Source: a virus
Length of the DNA stretch: 64,000 nucleotides
Strand: one strand, 5' to 3'
Virus record (IMG/VR): IMGVR_UViG_3300043540_000321
Span: 32,001 to 96,000 of that record
The notes beneath the pieces are model-generated. The model did not search any database, was not told where the DNA came from, and saw only the letters and a list, made by a program, of their open reading frames with translations. Both the position numbers and the translations under genes were made by a program. Below, one piece after another: positions 56,581 to 64,000 of this stretch (position 1 is the stretch's first letter; each line of letters opens with the position of its first letter).

Positions 56581-57660
56581 TTAGACGTACGCGATGTTCC
56601 CAAACGAATCGATCACTTGCCAGTTAGTGTTTGCTACCGTGCAAAATAGAGTGACGCAGTCGTATTGGTTCGAGGAGCTAATAGACCCTCCCGTTCCGGC
56701 CGTGGTGGCAACCTTACCGAAGTTTATTTGCTGCCCAGCGTTCTGGCCGATAGACCAGCTTCCATTCGTTCCAATAACTCGAATCATGGACCCTTGAGCC
56801 GCAGTTACAGGCAACGTAAAGGCGCAGGCTCCGGAGTAGGCCTGGACATAGTTGGTATTGATAGCCATTGCCTGAGTCGCCGCCGTCACGTTGACCGTAG
56901 GCATTGGAATGTAAGGGAGGGTTTGCCAGGTTTGGTCTCCACGCAGATAGGAAGAAGAGTTCGCTGTACCTGAGCCCAACCGTGCCGTCCCGATCGTACC
57001 GGTGGTGATGAAGCTGGCATCCATTGTCGTGTCGGACAACTGAATCCAGTTCGAGTCCGTAGTAGCGGGCGCGGCTTGCAGGATATAGGCGACGCCTGTA
57101 TCAGTCTGTTTGGCAACGTCCCCGACGTTTGCAGTAAGAGCCAGACGAGCGGTGCTGTTGGCGACGACGTAGGTCGCGTTGATCGCAATACTTGGAATGA
57201 CGGCATTGGGAAGCAGACCGCCCGCACCGAGCACAGGAACACAACCCGATGTGGTGCCTGTGTTGACATAGGCCGCAGTACCTAGCCCCAACATCGTTTT
57301 AGCGGTTGAAACAGGTATCTCAGCGATCGCGCCAGCAGACCCAGACGAGTTCCCTAAGAACACGGTCCCAACGGAAGTGTTCTGCATCTTCGCGTAGGTC
57401 ACTGCATTGGACGCGATTGTCGGTGAGGGGTAAGTACCCGTGAGGTCGCCGCCAGCGGCACCCCCGGGAGAGGGTCCAGTCACCCAGGCGGGGAGACCAC
57501 TACTCACCACTAACGCCTGACCTGCACTTCCAATTGGGAGTCGAGCCAGGTATCCGTTCGAGTTGAGATAGTAGATATCTCCAGTGGTATCGCTTCCGAT
57601 CTGAACGGCTATGTTCGCGCCGACAAGGGTATTGTTCCAGTTGTTTTGATACTTAGTCAT
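56581..57660 (-). CDS. Tail-fibre protein with gp34-repeat-like C-terminal domain
   Basis: GDIYY...LARLPIG..GQ.L, GGAAGGDLTGTYP.P, ARLALTANVGDVA.QTD fibre-shaft motifs; C-term AINTNY...FTLP..A..G..I.V...I.QNAGQ.I.FG...GN. Confidence 0.65.
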   Translation of the reverse strand: MTKYQNNWNNTLVGANIAVQIGSDTTGDIYYLNSNGYLARLPIGSAGQALVVSSGLPAWVTGPSPGGAAGGDLTGTYPSPTIASNAVTYAKMQNTSVGTVFLGNSSGSAGAIAEIPVSTAKTMLGLGTAAYVNTGTTSGCVPVLGAGGLLPNAVIPSIAINATYVVANSTARLALTANVGDVAKQTDTGVAYILQAAPATTDSNWIQLSDTTMDASFITTGTIGTARLGSGTANSSSYLRGDQTWQTLPYIPMPTVNVTAATQAMAINTNYVQAYSGACAFTLPVTAAQGSMIRVIGTNGSWSIGQNAGQQINFGKVATTAGTGGSISSSNQYDCVTLFCTVANTNWQVIDSFGNIAYV

Positions 57661-57667
57661 AGAGCAG

Positions 57668-57674
57668 TGCGGGT
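57668..57674 (-). promoter_or_regulatory. ACCCGCA motif 7 nt upstream of the fibre ATG
   Basis: Minus strand ATACCACCCGCACTGCTCT-ATG. Confidence 0.45.
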
Positions 57675-57714
57675 GGTATGAGAGTAATAGAGTTGTTGGG
57701 TAATAAGCTCAAAG

Positions 57715-57802
57715 ATCCTTGAAACCTTTGCCCCATAAGCGTTTCGGCGATTTTCATACAAAATCCTTGAAATTCAGTCTGCATAGGCATTTCAGCGATT
57801 TC
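57715..57802. repeat. Intergenic 48-bp-period direct repeat ATCCTTGAAA-N9-CATA(A/G)GC(G/A)TTTC(G/A)GCGATTT x2
   Basis: Copies at 57715-57754 and 57763-57802 align without gaps (10/10 and 17/21 in the conserved blocks). Confidence 0.8.
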
Positions 57803-57831
57803 TCTCGTTATTTCCCAACAGGTCTAATCAA

Positions 57832-58398
57832 TCAAGCGAAGGCAAAATTTCCACTTAGGATGTTTGCGAACCATTTACTCTCCCCTAGATAAGAGAGCAT
57901 GATGGCATCGCCAACAGCGTAAGCGTCTATTCTTCCGACAGCACCATAAGTCGTGGTGACATCTCCGAGTTGAATAACGTTGCCTGGGTTTTGAATGATG
58001 CGAAAGACAGAAGGTCCGACGTTATAAATCGCAATCTCCGCCCCCAATCCTCCTTGCTGAGGCAACTCAGGCAAAGTCAACATGCACATCGTTAGACTCT
58101 GCACAAAGTAGGCATTCCCGATATCCATCGTGCAGTTAGTCTGTTGCAGAATTGGTTTAAGGTTCGATGCAGATAACGTTGCCTGAGCTAGAGAGACCTG
58201 TGCTAATTGATTGGCAACCGCTCTAAGTTCGTCAGTGATATCCTTCAGGCTAATTTGGTCAGACGGTGCTGAGTCCTCTTGCTCATTCTGAGGTAGCGTT
58301 GGTGTTACTACAACCGGAGCTTGCAAAGGATATCTATCGCTCGACCAGGTGAAGCGACCGCGGGTGTTAATCGTGAAGTTAACGTCTCTAAAAGGCAT
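57832..58398 (-). CDS. Short fibre-like protein sharing the C-terminal domain of the 359-aa fibre
   Basis: IGNAYFV...LTLP..P..G.LG..I.I...G...I.QNPG..IQLG..TT.G..G.I...W....SGN; ATG at 58398 preferred. Confidence 0.6.
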   Translation of the reverse strand: MPFRDVNFTINTRGRFTWSSDRYPLQAPVVVTPTLPQNEQEDSAPSDQISLKDITDELRAVANQLAQVSLAQATLSASNLKPILQQTNCTMDIGNAYFVQSLTMCMLTLPELPQQGGLGAEIAIYNVGPSVFRIIQNPGNVIQLGDVTTTYGAVGRIDAYAVGDAIMLSYLGESKWFANILSGNFAFA

Positions 58399-58457
58399 AC
58401 TGCAGACGGAGCTCTGTCTCACTCTTGCACCGGACGAGTAAAAAAAAGTAACCTTTA

Positions 58458-59198
58458 CTATCCGTGCAGGTCTTTAGCCCAGTCGTTGCTTGGATAGAAG
58501 CAGACCTCCCAGATGATATAGGCACTGTGCAAAACCAGGTCCGTATTGTCTCTTGTCCAAGAACTGGTCGGGAAGTCCGCCGATACCACCTGGGTCGACT
58601 TGATCGCATAGGGTTGTAAGGTATAAAGACTTGCCAGAGCCAATCGAATCAGTTCGATATATTGCCTCAAGATCACCTCCGCAGGCAGTATCTCTATCTG
58701 AATCGATTGTTGTAAGAGCTGCACGGCTGAAGGTTTAGAGTAGTTCCAGCGAGATAGTTGCGCCTCTGATGCCAGATTTCCTTGAGACTCATCCAGAATG
58801 GGCGACCCGTCAATATATTGAGCGAGGTTGTAGGTAACGGTCTGAAACTCTCCGAATGTCCCATCCAGGTACTGAAGCTCGATGACCAGGTTCGCAGTCG
58901 CCTCATCATGAGACCCGAAGGTGTGCGACCCTAGCGTATAAGGTTTGTACTGTATTGAAGCTCGTCGAGGCCCTGGGGGCGATGACCCTCTGGTTTTGCG
59001 CCCAGTGTAGTCTGGATATACTGAGCAGACAAGTCCTGGGGTTTCCAACTCATATCCGCCGTACGATCGCCACTTACTGATTGTGATCGGATTGTTGTTG
59101 GTGTCGTAAATCTTAGGGTCTTTTAATAAAGGATGTGAGGCCAGCCCCACCAAGGTAGCCCTGATCAACTGCTCAAATGTAGGGATAAACCGCTGCAT
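58458..59198 (-). CDS. Putative tail completion/neck protein
   Basis: Position between the head-tail adaptor-like gene and the tail genes; alpha/beta pattern (GLVCSVYP). Confidence 0.35.
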   Translation of the reverse strand: MQRFIPTFEQLIRATLVGLASHPLLKDPKIYDTNNNPITISKWRSYGGYELETPGLVCSVYPDYTGRKTRGSSPPGPRRASIQYKPYTLGSHTFGSHDEATANLVIELQYLDGTFGEFQTVTYNLAQYIDGSPILDESQGNLASEAQLSRWNYSKPSAVQLLQQSIQIEILPAEVILRQYIELIRLALASLYTLQPYAIKSTQVVSADFPTSSWTRDNTDLVLHSAYIIWEVCFYPSNDWAKDLHG

Positions 59199-59199
59199 C

Positions 59200-60834
59200 T
59201 TAGGTCATTAGGTCCTGGTAGATCGTGTTTATCTTCTCTCGGACATATCGCATATTCTCCGAGACATTCTTGCGGAGAAATAACGGAGCCTTTGTCGCTC
59301 CGGTTCCCAGACGAGCGCTGGTGCCTGCAAAGAGAACGGAGTGGAAGGCGGATTCTATCCGAACCGATCGCGGTCGGTTGCTTGGAGTCGAGAACGGTCC
59401 ATTCAGGTCGCCAACCGATAGCAAAATGTCGGGCGGCAGTTGTGTAATATCTAGAACCATCCAGGTCTCTGGATTAGTCGCAGAGTAAGCGACCAACTGT
59501 AGACCCACTAAAGCGTCCCGAGCCGTTGGTGGGTCATTTCTGACCAGAGCTCCCAACGCTCGAGTGTCCGACTTCATCTGAAACATTGTGTTTAATAATG
59601 CTTCTGCGATCAGAGAGGGGCGCAGTGAGTCTAGCTGAGCCTGCTGTACAGGGTCGTTGCACACCGTCCTGTAAATCGGGATAGAGATGTCTTCCTCCAT
59701 CGTCGGCGCGACTCGAAAACTGAGGAAAGACTGGTTCTCCCACTGTGAGGCTGGGATAGGATTTCCAAACGCATCGAGTGGATTGCCATTCCCATCTACT
59801 TTTGCTCTCTGGAAGTAGAGGACGTTGGGCTGAGGTTGAGCGTTGTTAAGAGAGGTGAGAGATGTGGAGGTCACCTTCCCTTGTTGCGTTGCTAGGAATA
59901 AAGAGTTCAGCGTCTCACCTGTCATCATGTCCGGAGTGACTCCCCAGTTAAAGGGAAGTAAAGCACTTGGATTACTCTGAAGAGTAATTCGCAGCATAAT
60001 GACCTCAAAGTTGACCTCGAGCTGTCGTGTGCGGGGCTTGAAGTCAATGCGGTGATGGAGGCTCGATTGAGACAGAACAGGAGCTGCAATAATATTGGCG
60101 GCTTTACTCACCAGGGTCAAACCATTGATCGCGTCGGCAATATCCCCGATGATACGTCCTGTGCTAAACGTGCCGGTGTAAGTCCCGACCGTTGTCCAAG
60201 TCGAAGACTCGGCTGAGTTCGGTACATAGATCTCAACCTTAAGTCGGTCGTTGTTGATATTTGGGGAAGTCGCCTGAAAGAAAAATGAGTGTGGTTGTAA
60301 CTCATCTCCAGCCTTCGAGGCGGACAATGCTGCTTGCAGGTCGTGAACTTCAGTGAGACGTTCAAGATCTTTCAGGGCAGACGAGTAGAGAAAGGCTGAG
60401 TGTTCCTGCTGCTCTTTAATCTGAGCAAGTTGTCCTATCAGATGAGAGGCAGTAAGTGTGATGCTGATCTGGCGAACCCCTTCAGAGAAGATGTTCAGGT
60501 CTGGATTTACATACTGAGCGGCACCCGGGTCAGTCGCTCCGAACATGACCTGTTTGACCGTCTCCATTGTTGGAAACAGGCGGACCCCGTTCGCCTTATC
60601 TCTCGCGCCAGCCAGAATTAGAGCAATCTTAGGGTCGGCAATCTCGGTGGCGGTCAGGTAGATCTCCCGGGCAGTCTTCGATTTTAATAGCACCGAATAG
60701 CTCTGTACCAGAGAGACATACTGCGCCAGGTCTGGCGACGCAGTCAGCAACTGAGCGTCCGTCGCTTGGCTGATGTTAATACCAGCCAAAGTCGGGGACG
60801 AGATAAGAAATCGGTCTCCAAAATCTACCGTCAT
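59200..60834 (-). CDS. Putative head-tail adaptor (Mu gp36-like N-terminus) with C-terminal extension
   Basis: VRQISITLTASHLIGQL...LYSSALKDLERL resembles adaptor helices; downstream of the capsid block. Confidence 0.4.
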   Translation of the reverse strand: MTVDFGDRFLISSPTLAGINISQATDAQLLTASPDLAQYVSLVQSYSVLLKSKTAREIYLTATEIADPKIALILAGARDKANGVRLFPTMETVKQVMFGATDPGAAQYVNPDLNIFSEGVRQISITLTASHLIGQLAQIKEQQEHSAFLYSSALKDLERLTEVHDLQAALSASKAGDELQPHSFFFQATSPNINNDRLKVEIYVPNSAESSTWTTVGTYTGTFSTGRIIGDIADAINGLTLVSKAANIIAAPVLSQSSLHHRIDFKPRTRQLEVNFEVIMLRITLQSNPSALLPFNWGVTPDMMTGETLNSLFLATQQGKVTSTSLTSLNNAQPQPNVLYFQRAKVDGNGNPLDAFGNPIPASQWENQSFLSFRVAPTMEEDISIPIYRTVCNDPVQQAQLDSLRPSLIAEALLNTMFQMKSDTRALGALVRNDPPTARDALVGLQLVAYSATNPETWMVLDITQLPPDILLSVGDLNGPFSTPSNRPRSVRIESAFHSVLFAGTSARLGTGATKAPLFLRKNVSENMRYVREKINTIYQDLMT

Positions 60835-60842
60835 AAGAAGTG

Positions 60843-60866
60843 AAAAACCCAGCCTTAACGGCTGGG
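60843..60866 (-). terminator. Rho-independent terminator closing the capsid block
   Basis: Minus strand CCCAGCC-GTTAA-GGCTGGG-TTTTT. Confidence 0.8.
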
Positions 60867-60899
60867 ACTACAAGTACCGCTCCTACCCACCCAGTTTAA

Positions 60900-61415
60900 T
60901 TAGGCTCGCTCGGCAAGGATGCGATCGGCCTCTTGCTGAACAGCGGTGTACTGCGGAAAGGCGTTTTTCACCGCTTCAACCTGAGCATAGTCCACGGGGG
61001 ACTGCTGTCCCAGATTGGTTAGGTAAGACCTAACCTGAGTCCAGTGAGTGTCTGGAGGAAGGGGAGCCGAAGGAACGTCTTGGACAACTGGTTGAGTCTC
61101 GACGGGGGGAATTGGCTCAGATGGCTCAGCCGCTGCCTCAGCCGGGGGATTCTCCTGATAAACATCTTGTAATTGTTCGTTTGGAGGAACTTGCAGAGGC
61201 TCGTGTGGCTCGGATGAAGCAACTTCACACTCAGCGGGCGAGTCGTCTTCCATAGAGATCAGATGAAGATACTCACTCCCTGGAATCGACCGACGAAACA
61301 GAGCCTCCCCCTGACTGTCGAAGAACTCGACATGAGATGCCGGGGATAGTCGATGAACAACCCCGGCTACGCTCAGGGTCGTTTTAGCTGTGACCAGAAA
61401 AGTATATTTCTTCAT
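60900..61415 (-). CDS. Capsid-block accessory protein: beta N-domain, P/E/Q linker, small helical C-domain
   Basis: Low-complexity PAEAAAEPSEPIPP linker between two compact domains. Confidence 0.5.
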   Translation of the reverse strand: MKKYTFLVTAKTTLSVAGVVHRLSPASHVEFFDSQGEALFRRSIPGSEYLHLISMEDDSPAECEVASSEPHEPLQVPPNEQLQDVYQENPPAEAAAEPSEPIPPVETQPVVQDVPSAPLPPDTHWTQVRSYLTNLGQQSPVDYAQVEAVKNAFPQYTAVQQEADRILAERA

Positions 61416-61422
61416 GACTTAA

Positions 61423-62181
61423 TTAGATGAGGCTGAGCTGGTCGTCTCCGTAGGGCACAACCGTAACTGTCGATGCACCGCCGGAGTTGGTCGCGATGGT
61501 CACGGTAGCAATCAGAACACTACAACTCTTGCGAAGAGCCGCCTGAGATTGCTTACTGACATACGGAGGGAAGTTACTGAACCAGTAAAGGTCAGACTCC
61601 TGAGTCAGGCTAAAGCTCTTGTTGTTCGAGGTGCTTGCGTCGATCGCCGATTTGATCGCATTGAGCGGGTGGTTGTTATGACCCCACGCTGGAGGAGCGG
61701 TGATGGCATCATAGGATGCCCAGGAGCTCCCGTTGTATTGAAAGATGTCTACAACCAGATTGTGCGACGGTGCTCCATTATTCGGAGTGACCGTTTGAGT
61801 TTGGATGTAGATATCATTCGTATTTGGGCTACCAGGTGCCGAACTCAGAGCGGGGATAACTCGCTGAGGGTTAAGGTAGACAGGCACCACGTAAGAAGTG
61901 TTGTTACCGTTAATCGCGACGCCAGTGCCCAGAGGCAGCAACTTCAGACCTGCGATAGCAGCGTTTAGAGTTACCAACTGCCCGTCGAGGCGGGCACTAC
62001 CTGCACTGATGTTTAGGTTGAGAGTATCTACTGGCTGCCCAGCACCACCACTGGCGCTTAGGGGGGTATTGGCGGCGGTAGCAACTAAACCTGAGACGAT
62101 ACCTGTATACGGGTAAGCGCTCAGACCTCCGCGTTCGCCGCGAGGTAGCATTTGATAATTGAACCGAGGCCCAGATGTCAT
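61423..62181 (-). CDS. Putative capsid decoration/head-fibre protein
   Basis: AAGGAG SD; directly after the major capsid gene; G/A/S/T-rich beta composition. Confidence 0.45.
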   Translation of the reverse strand: MTSGPRFNYQMLPRGERGGLSAYPYTGIVSGLVATAANTPLSASGGAGQPVDTLNLNISAGSARLDGQLVTLNAAIAGLKLLPLGTGVAINGNNTSYVVPVYLNPQRVIPALSSAPGSPNTNDIYIQTQTVTPNNGAPSHNLVVDIFQYNGSSWASYDAITAPPAWGHNNHPLNAIKSAIDASTSNNKSFSLTQESDLYWFSNFPPYVSKQSQAALRKSCSVLIATVTIATNSGGASTVTVVPYGDDQLSLI

Positions 62182-62214
62182 TTGACTTTCTCCTTGCCTT
62201 TATTCTTGTGACGA

Positions 62215-63612
62215 TTAGAACGTACCGTAGCTGAGGTCTGCCTGGAGGATCAGGTTGGTGGTGATGTCGTTTGCGTTTGCAACGTTCAGCAGACAGATCC
62301 ACTGAGGGTAGGTTGCAAAAGGCAGGAACGCATTCCCCAACTGAACCGTTCGACCCGGAGCAGCAGGTGGCATCTGGTCTGGGCCTGTCCGCATCCACAT
62401 ACCAGGAGACCCATCAGGAGCTTCCCCAATGCATTGTTGAGTGAAACCAAGACTGACAGATTTGTCTTGGTAGTGATGCGTGGCGACAACTGCAACCAGG
62501 TTAGGCGGCCACAACTTCTCGATCTGATTGGTTACAGGGTCGCGGTACAGAGTGTCGAGCAGACGAATATTCAAACCGGCGATGCTGGTGATATCGCCCT
62601 CTGCGTTGATTTGTACCGAAGGGTTTTCGCGGAATGCCGAAGCAGCAGAACCAGCCGCGCCTGTTGGGTACTGTGGCAGTACGATACCGACGGTGCCACT
62701 GTAGGCTTTGATCAGCTCGTTCTCTTGAATGATCGTGTACAAGTCACGACTCATAACCAGCTCTGTGTACACGTTTTTGTTGGTGTTCAACAGATACTGC
62801 TTCAATAGCCGCAGACAACGGGGAATATTAGCCCGAGGATGAGTCCAGGGAATAGCGAAGTTGTAATTTGTGTCGGCGAAGAAGAGCGCTTCTGTTCGAC
62901 CCTTGCTATTCGTCAGGTTTTCAGCCGCCGTGTAGGCCTGGTCACCTACAGTGATTGTGCCGTTGGCGGCCAACGTAGCGTTCCAACCGTTGTATTGGAA
63001 GTAGTTGTGCGCCGGAATGTGGGTGGAGACGTTAATAGCCACGTTAGTCCGGGGGTCGGTATAGTTGATACCCCCCTGAAGAACCTGAGCCTGGAGCACC
63101 ATCTTGGTGCGGTTGTGCCGAGCAACCAGACGACGGATGCGGCGTTGCATAATCCGCATTGGAGGGTCTTGCTCGTTCATGGTCCCAACTGCACGCAGTT
63201 GGTTGATGAACCCTTGATCCAGGAAGTCGTCTTCCCGAACGAACGCCGGTTGGAAGTACCGACGTTGGATACGCTCGGGTTCCAGGAAGTTACCGGCGGG
63301 AACGCCCATACGGACGATAGGCATAATGCCCAGACCTTCCCGCACGGTTTCAATCACGACCGTTTTTTCGTTGATCGTCTCGTCAGGGAACATATCTCCC
63401 AGACCCTTGTCTTCAATCTGCTCGTAGCTACGAGCCAGCTTTGTCAATTGAAGACCACCCAGCGCTGGCATATCCCCAACATACTCGTAGGGAGTGCTAA
63501 TAGGGTCGTACTGGGTGTACTGCTGGTACTGAATAGAAGGAACAGTTTGGACCGGGTCAGCGAATTGCTGAGGAGACTGGGCGGTGCCAGCCTGTAAAGT
63601 TTGAGTTGTCAT
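62215..63612 (-). CDS. Major capsid protein (HK97 fold, lambda gpE-like family)
   Basis: LGDMFPDETI.EKTV.IE....GLGIMPIVRMG.P; RRIRRLVARHNRTK..LQAQVLQGGINY; WTHP.ANI; LYRDP...K.WP.N.V; follows the scaffold. Confidence 0.9.
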   Translation of the reverse strand: MTTQTLQAGTAQSPQQFADPVQTVPSIQYQQYTQYDPISTPYEYVGDMPALGGLQLTKLARSYEQIEDKGLGDMFPDETINEKTVVIETVREGLGIMPIVRMGVPAGNFLEPERIQRRYFQPAFVREDDFLDQGFINQLRAVGTMNEQDPPMRIMQRRIRRLVARHNRTKMVLQAQVLQGGINYTDPRTNVAINVSTHIPAHNYFQYNGWNATLAANGTITVGDQAYTAAENLTNSKGRTEALFFADTNYNFAIPWTHPRANIPRCLRLLKQYLLNTNKNVYTELVMSRDLYTIIQENELIKAYSGTVGIVLPQYPTGAAGSAASAFRENPSVQINAEGDITSIAGLNIRLLDTLYRDPVTNQIEKLWPPNLVAVVATHHYQDKSVSLGFTQQCIGEAPDGSPGMWMRTGPDQMPPAAPGRTVQLGNAFLPFATYPQWICLLNVANANDITTNLILQADLSYGTF

Positions 63613-63621
63613 CTTTCAGCG

Positions 63622-63628
63622 TGCGGGT
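63622..63628 (-). promoter_or_regulatory. ACCCGCA motif 9 nt upstream of the major capsid ATG
   Basis: Minus strand CCCTAACCTACCTCTACCCGCACGCTGAAAG-ATG; C-rich leader without an SD. Confidence 0.5.
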
Positions 63629-63655
63629 AGAGGTAGGTTAGGGATGAAATCTCGA

Positions 63656-64000
63656 CTAGGACAGTTGCTTTTGAAGAGCTCGAGCCTTTTTCTGAGCTTC
63701 AGCCAGAGCGAGGTTCTGCTTGATGATGTCCTCGTACGGGTTGTACTGCTCATCAGCCAGTTGCTGAGGACCCACCTGAGTGGTGACCCCGTACTGAGTC
63801 AGAGCAGTTTTCTTGAACTGTTCGGACATTTGCTCCAGGGTGGAGAAGATGACCTCCTCCTGAGCACCCAGATTCCCGGCTTCAATGAGCTGGCGATACT
63901 GGTTCTTCACGTCCACTGGTAGAGTCAGACGTTCCAGACGGCGGAGCTTCTCAGCTAACACCTGTTGATTGATCCGTTGCTCATACGCACTCAGTTGAGT
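63656..64000 (-). CDS. Capsid scaffold protein, C-terminal part (runs off the window end)
   Basis: Frame is open to base 64000; coiled-coil Q/E/K/L-rich; directly upstream of the capsid gene. Confidence 0.65.
   Translation of the reverse strand, partial: TQLSAYEQRINQQVLAEKLRRLERLTLPVDVKNQYRQLIEAGNLGAQEEVIFSTLEQMSEQFKKTALTQYGVTTQVGPQQLADEQYNPYEDIIKQNLALAEAQKKARALQKQLS

Larger units (their letters stand above)
3968..57330. repeat. Dispersed HIP1 octamer GCGATCGC, at least 19 copies
   Basis: Found by eye at 3968, 7080, 11040, 22282, 23518, 25690, 26176, 28972, 34313, 34456, 38179, 43044, 45486, 46534, 47264, 47769, 53144, 53753 and 57323. Confidence 0.9.

Noticed and set aside
62839-63597. 252-aa + strand ORF and other long antisense ORFs (e.g. 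61549-61968, 33827-34255, 26136-26615, 48980-49441)
   Set aside because: They lie wholly opposite well-supported genes and have no motifs; typical shadow ORFs at about 52% GC.
52344-63628. ACCCGCA pairing with 16S rRNA helix 45 (UGCGG(C/U)U) as an alternative anti-SD
   Set aside because: Only a 6/7 match, and that rRNA segment is normally base-paired in the helix 45 stem; not supportable from sequence alone.
1-64000. Stop-codon reassignment (alternative genetic code)
   Set aside because: Genes are full length under code 11, and TAG, TGA and TAA all terminate tightly abutting or overlapping genes.
1-64000. Integrase, transposase or prophage boundaries
   Set aside because: No recombinase, IS, att-like repeat or host gene was recognised in the window; lifestyle cannot be fully settled from this segment.

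Overview
This is a 64 kb segment of a large, apparently lytic myovirus-type (contractile-tail) dsDNA phage with two convergent arms that meet at about 17.66 kb. The left arm (+ strand, 1-17.66 kb) is a replication/early block. It holds a family A DNA polymerase C-terminus, a holin-T-like membrane protein, a beta-clamp-like protein, MazG, a family-4-like UDG, two SF2 helicases, a DnaX-like clamp loader, a primase, a catalytically degenerate RNase HII, a RecB/Cas4-like nuclease and an HU-HTH fusion. The right arm (- strand, 17.66-64 kb) is the virion block: scaffold, major capsid, neck, tail fibres, sheath, tube, hub, spike, baseplate, TerL and a 4,700-aa multi-enzyme protein. That protein carries PLD/HKD, HExxH peptidase, 8x32-aa repeat, glycine-zipper, M23 peptidase and lambda-type lysozyme regions. 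At least 19 copies of the cyanobacterial HIP1 octamer GCGATCGC point to a HIP1-rich cyanobacterial host. The most interesting leads are (1) the giant polyvalent virion protein, (2) a non-Shine-Dalgarno motif ACCCGCA at RBS spacing before capsid, tube and fibre genes, together with antisense IF1/CSD-like and RMF-like small genes, which may form a translation-rewiring system, (3) HIP1 enrichment, and (4) a hybrid PolA + beta-clamp + clamp-loader replisome with degenerate repair enzymes. All family assignments come from motif recognition by eye; no database searches were run.
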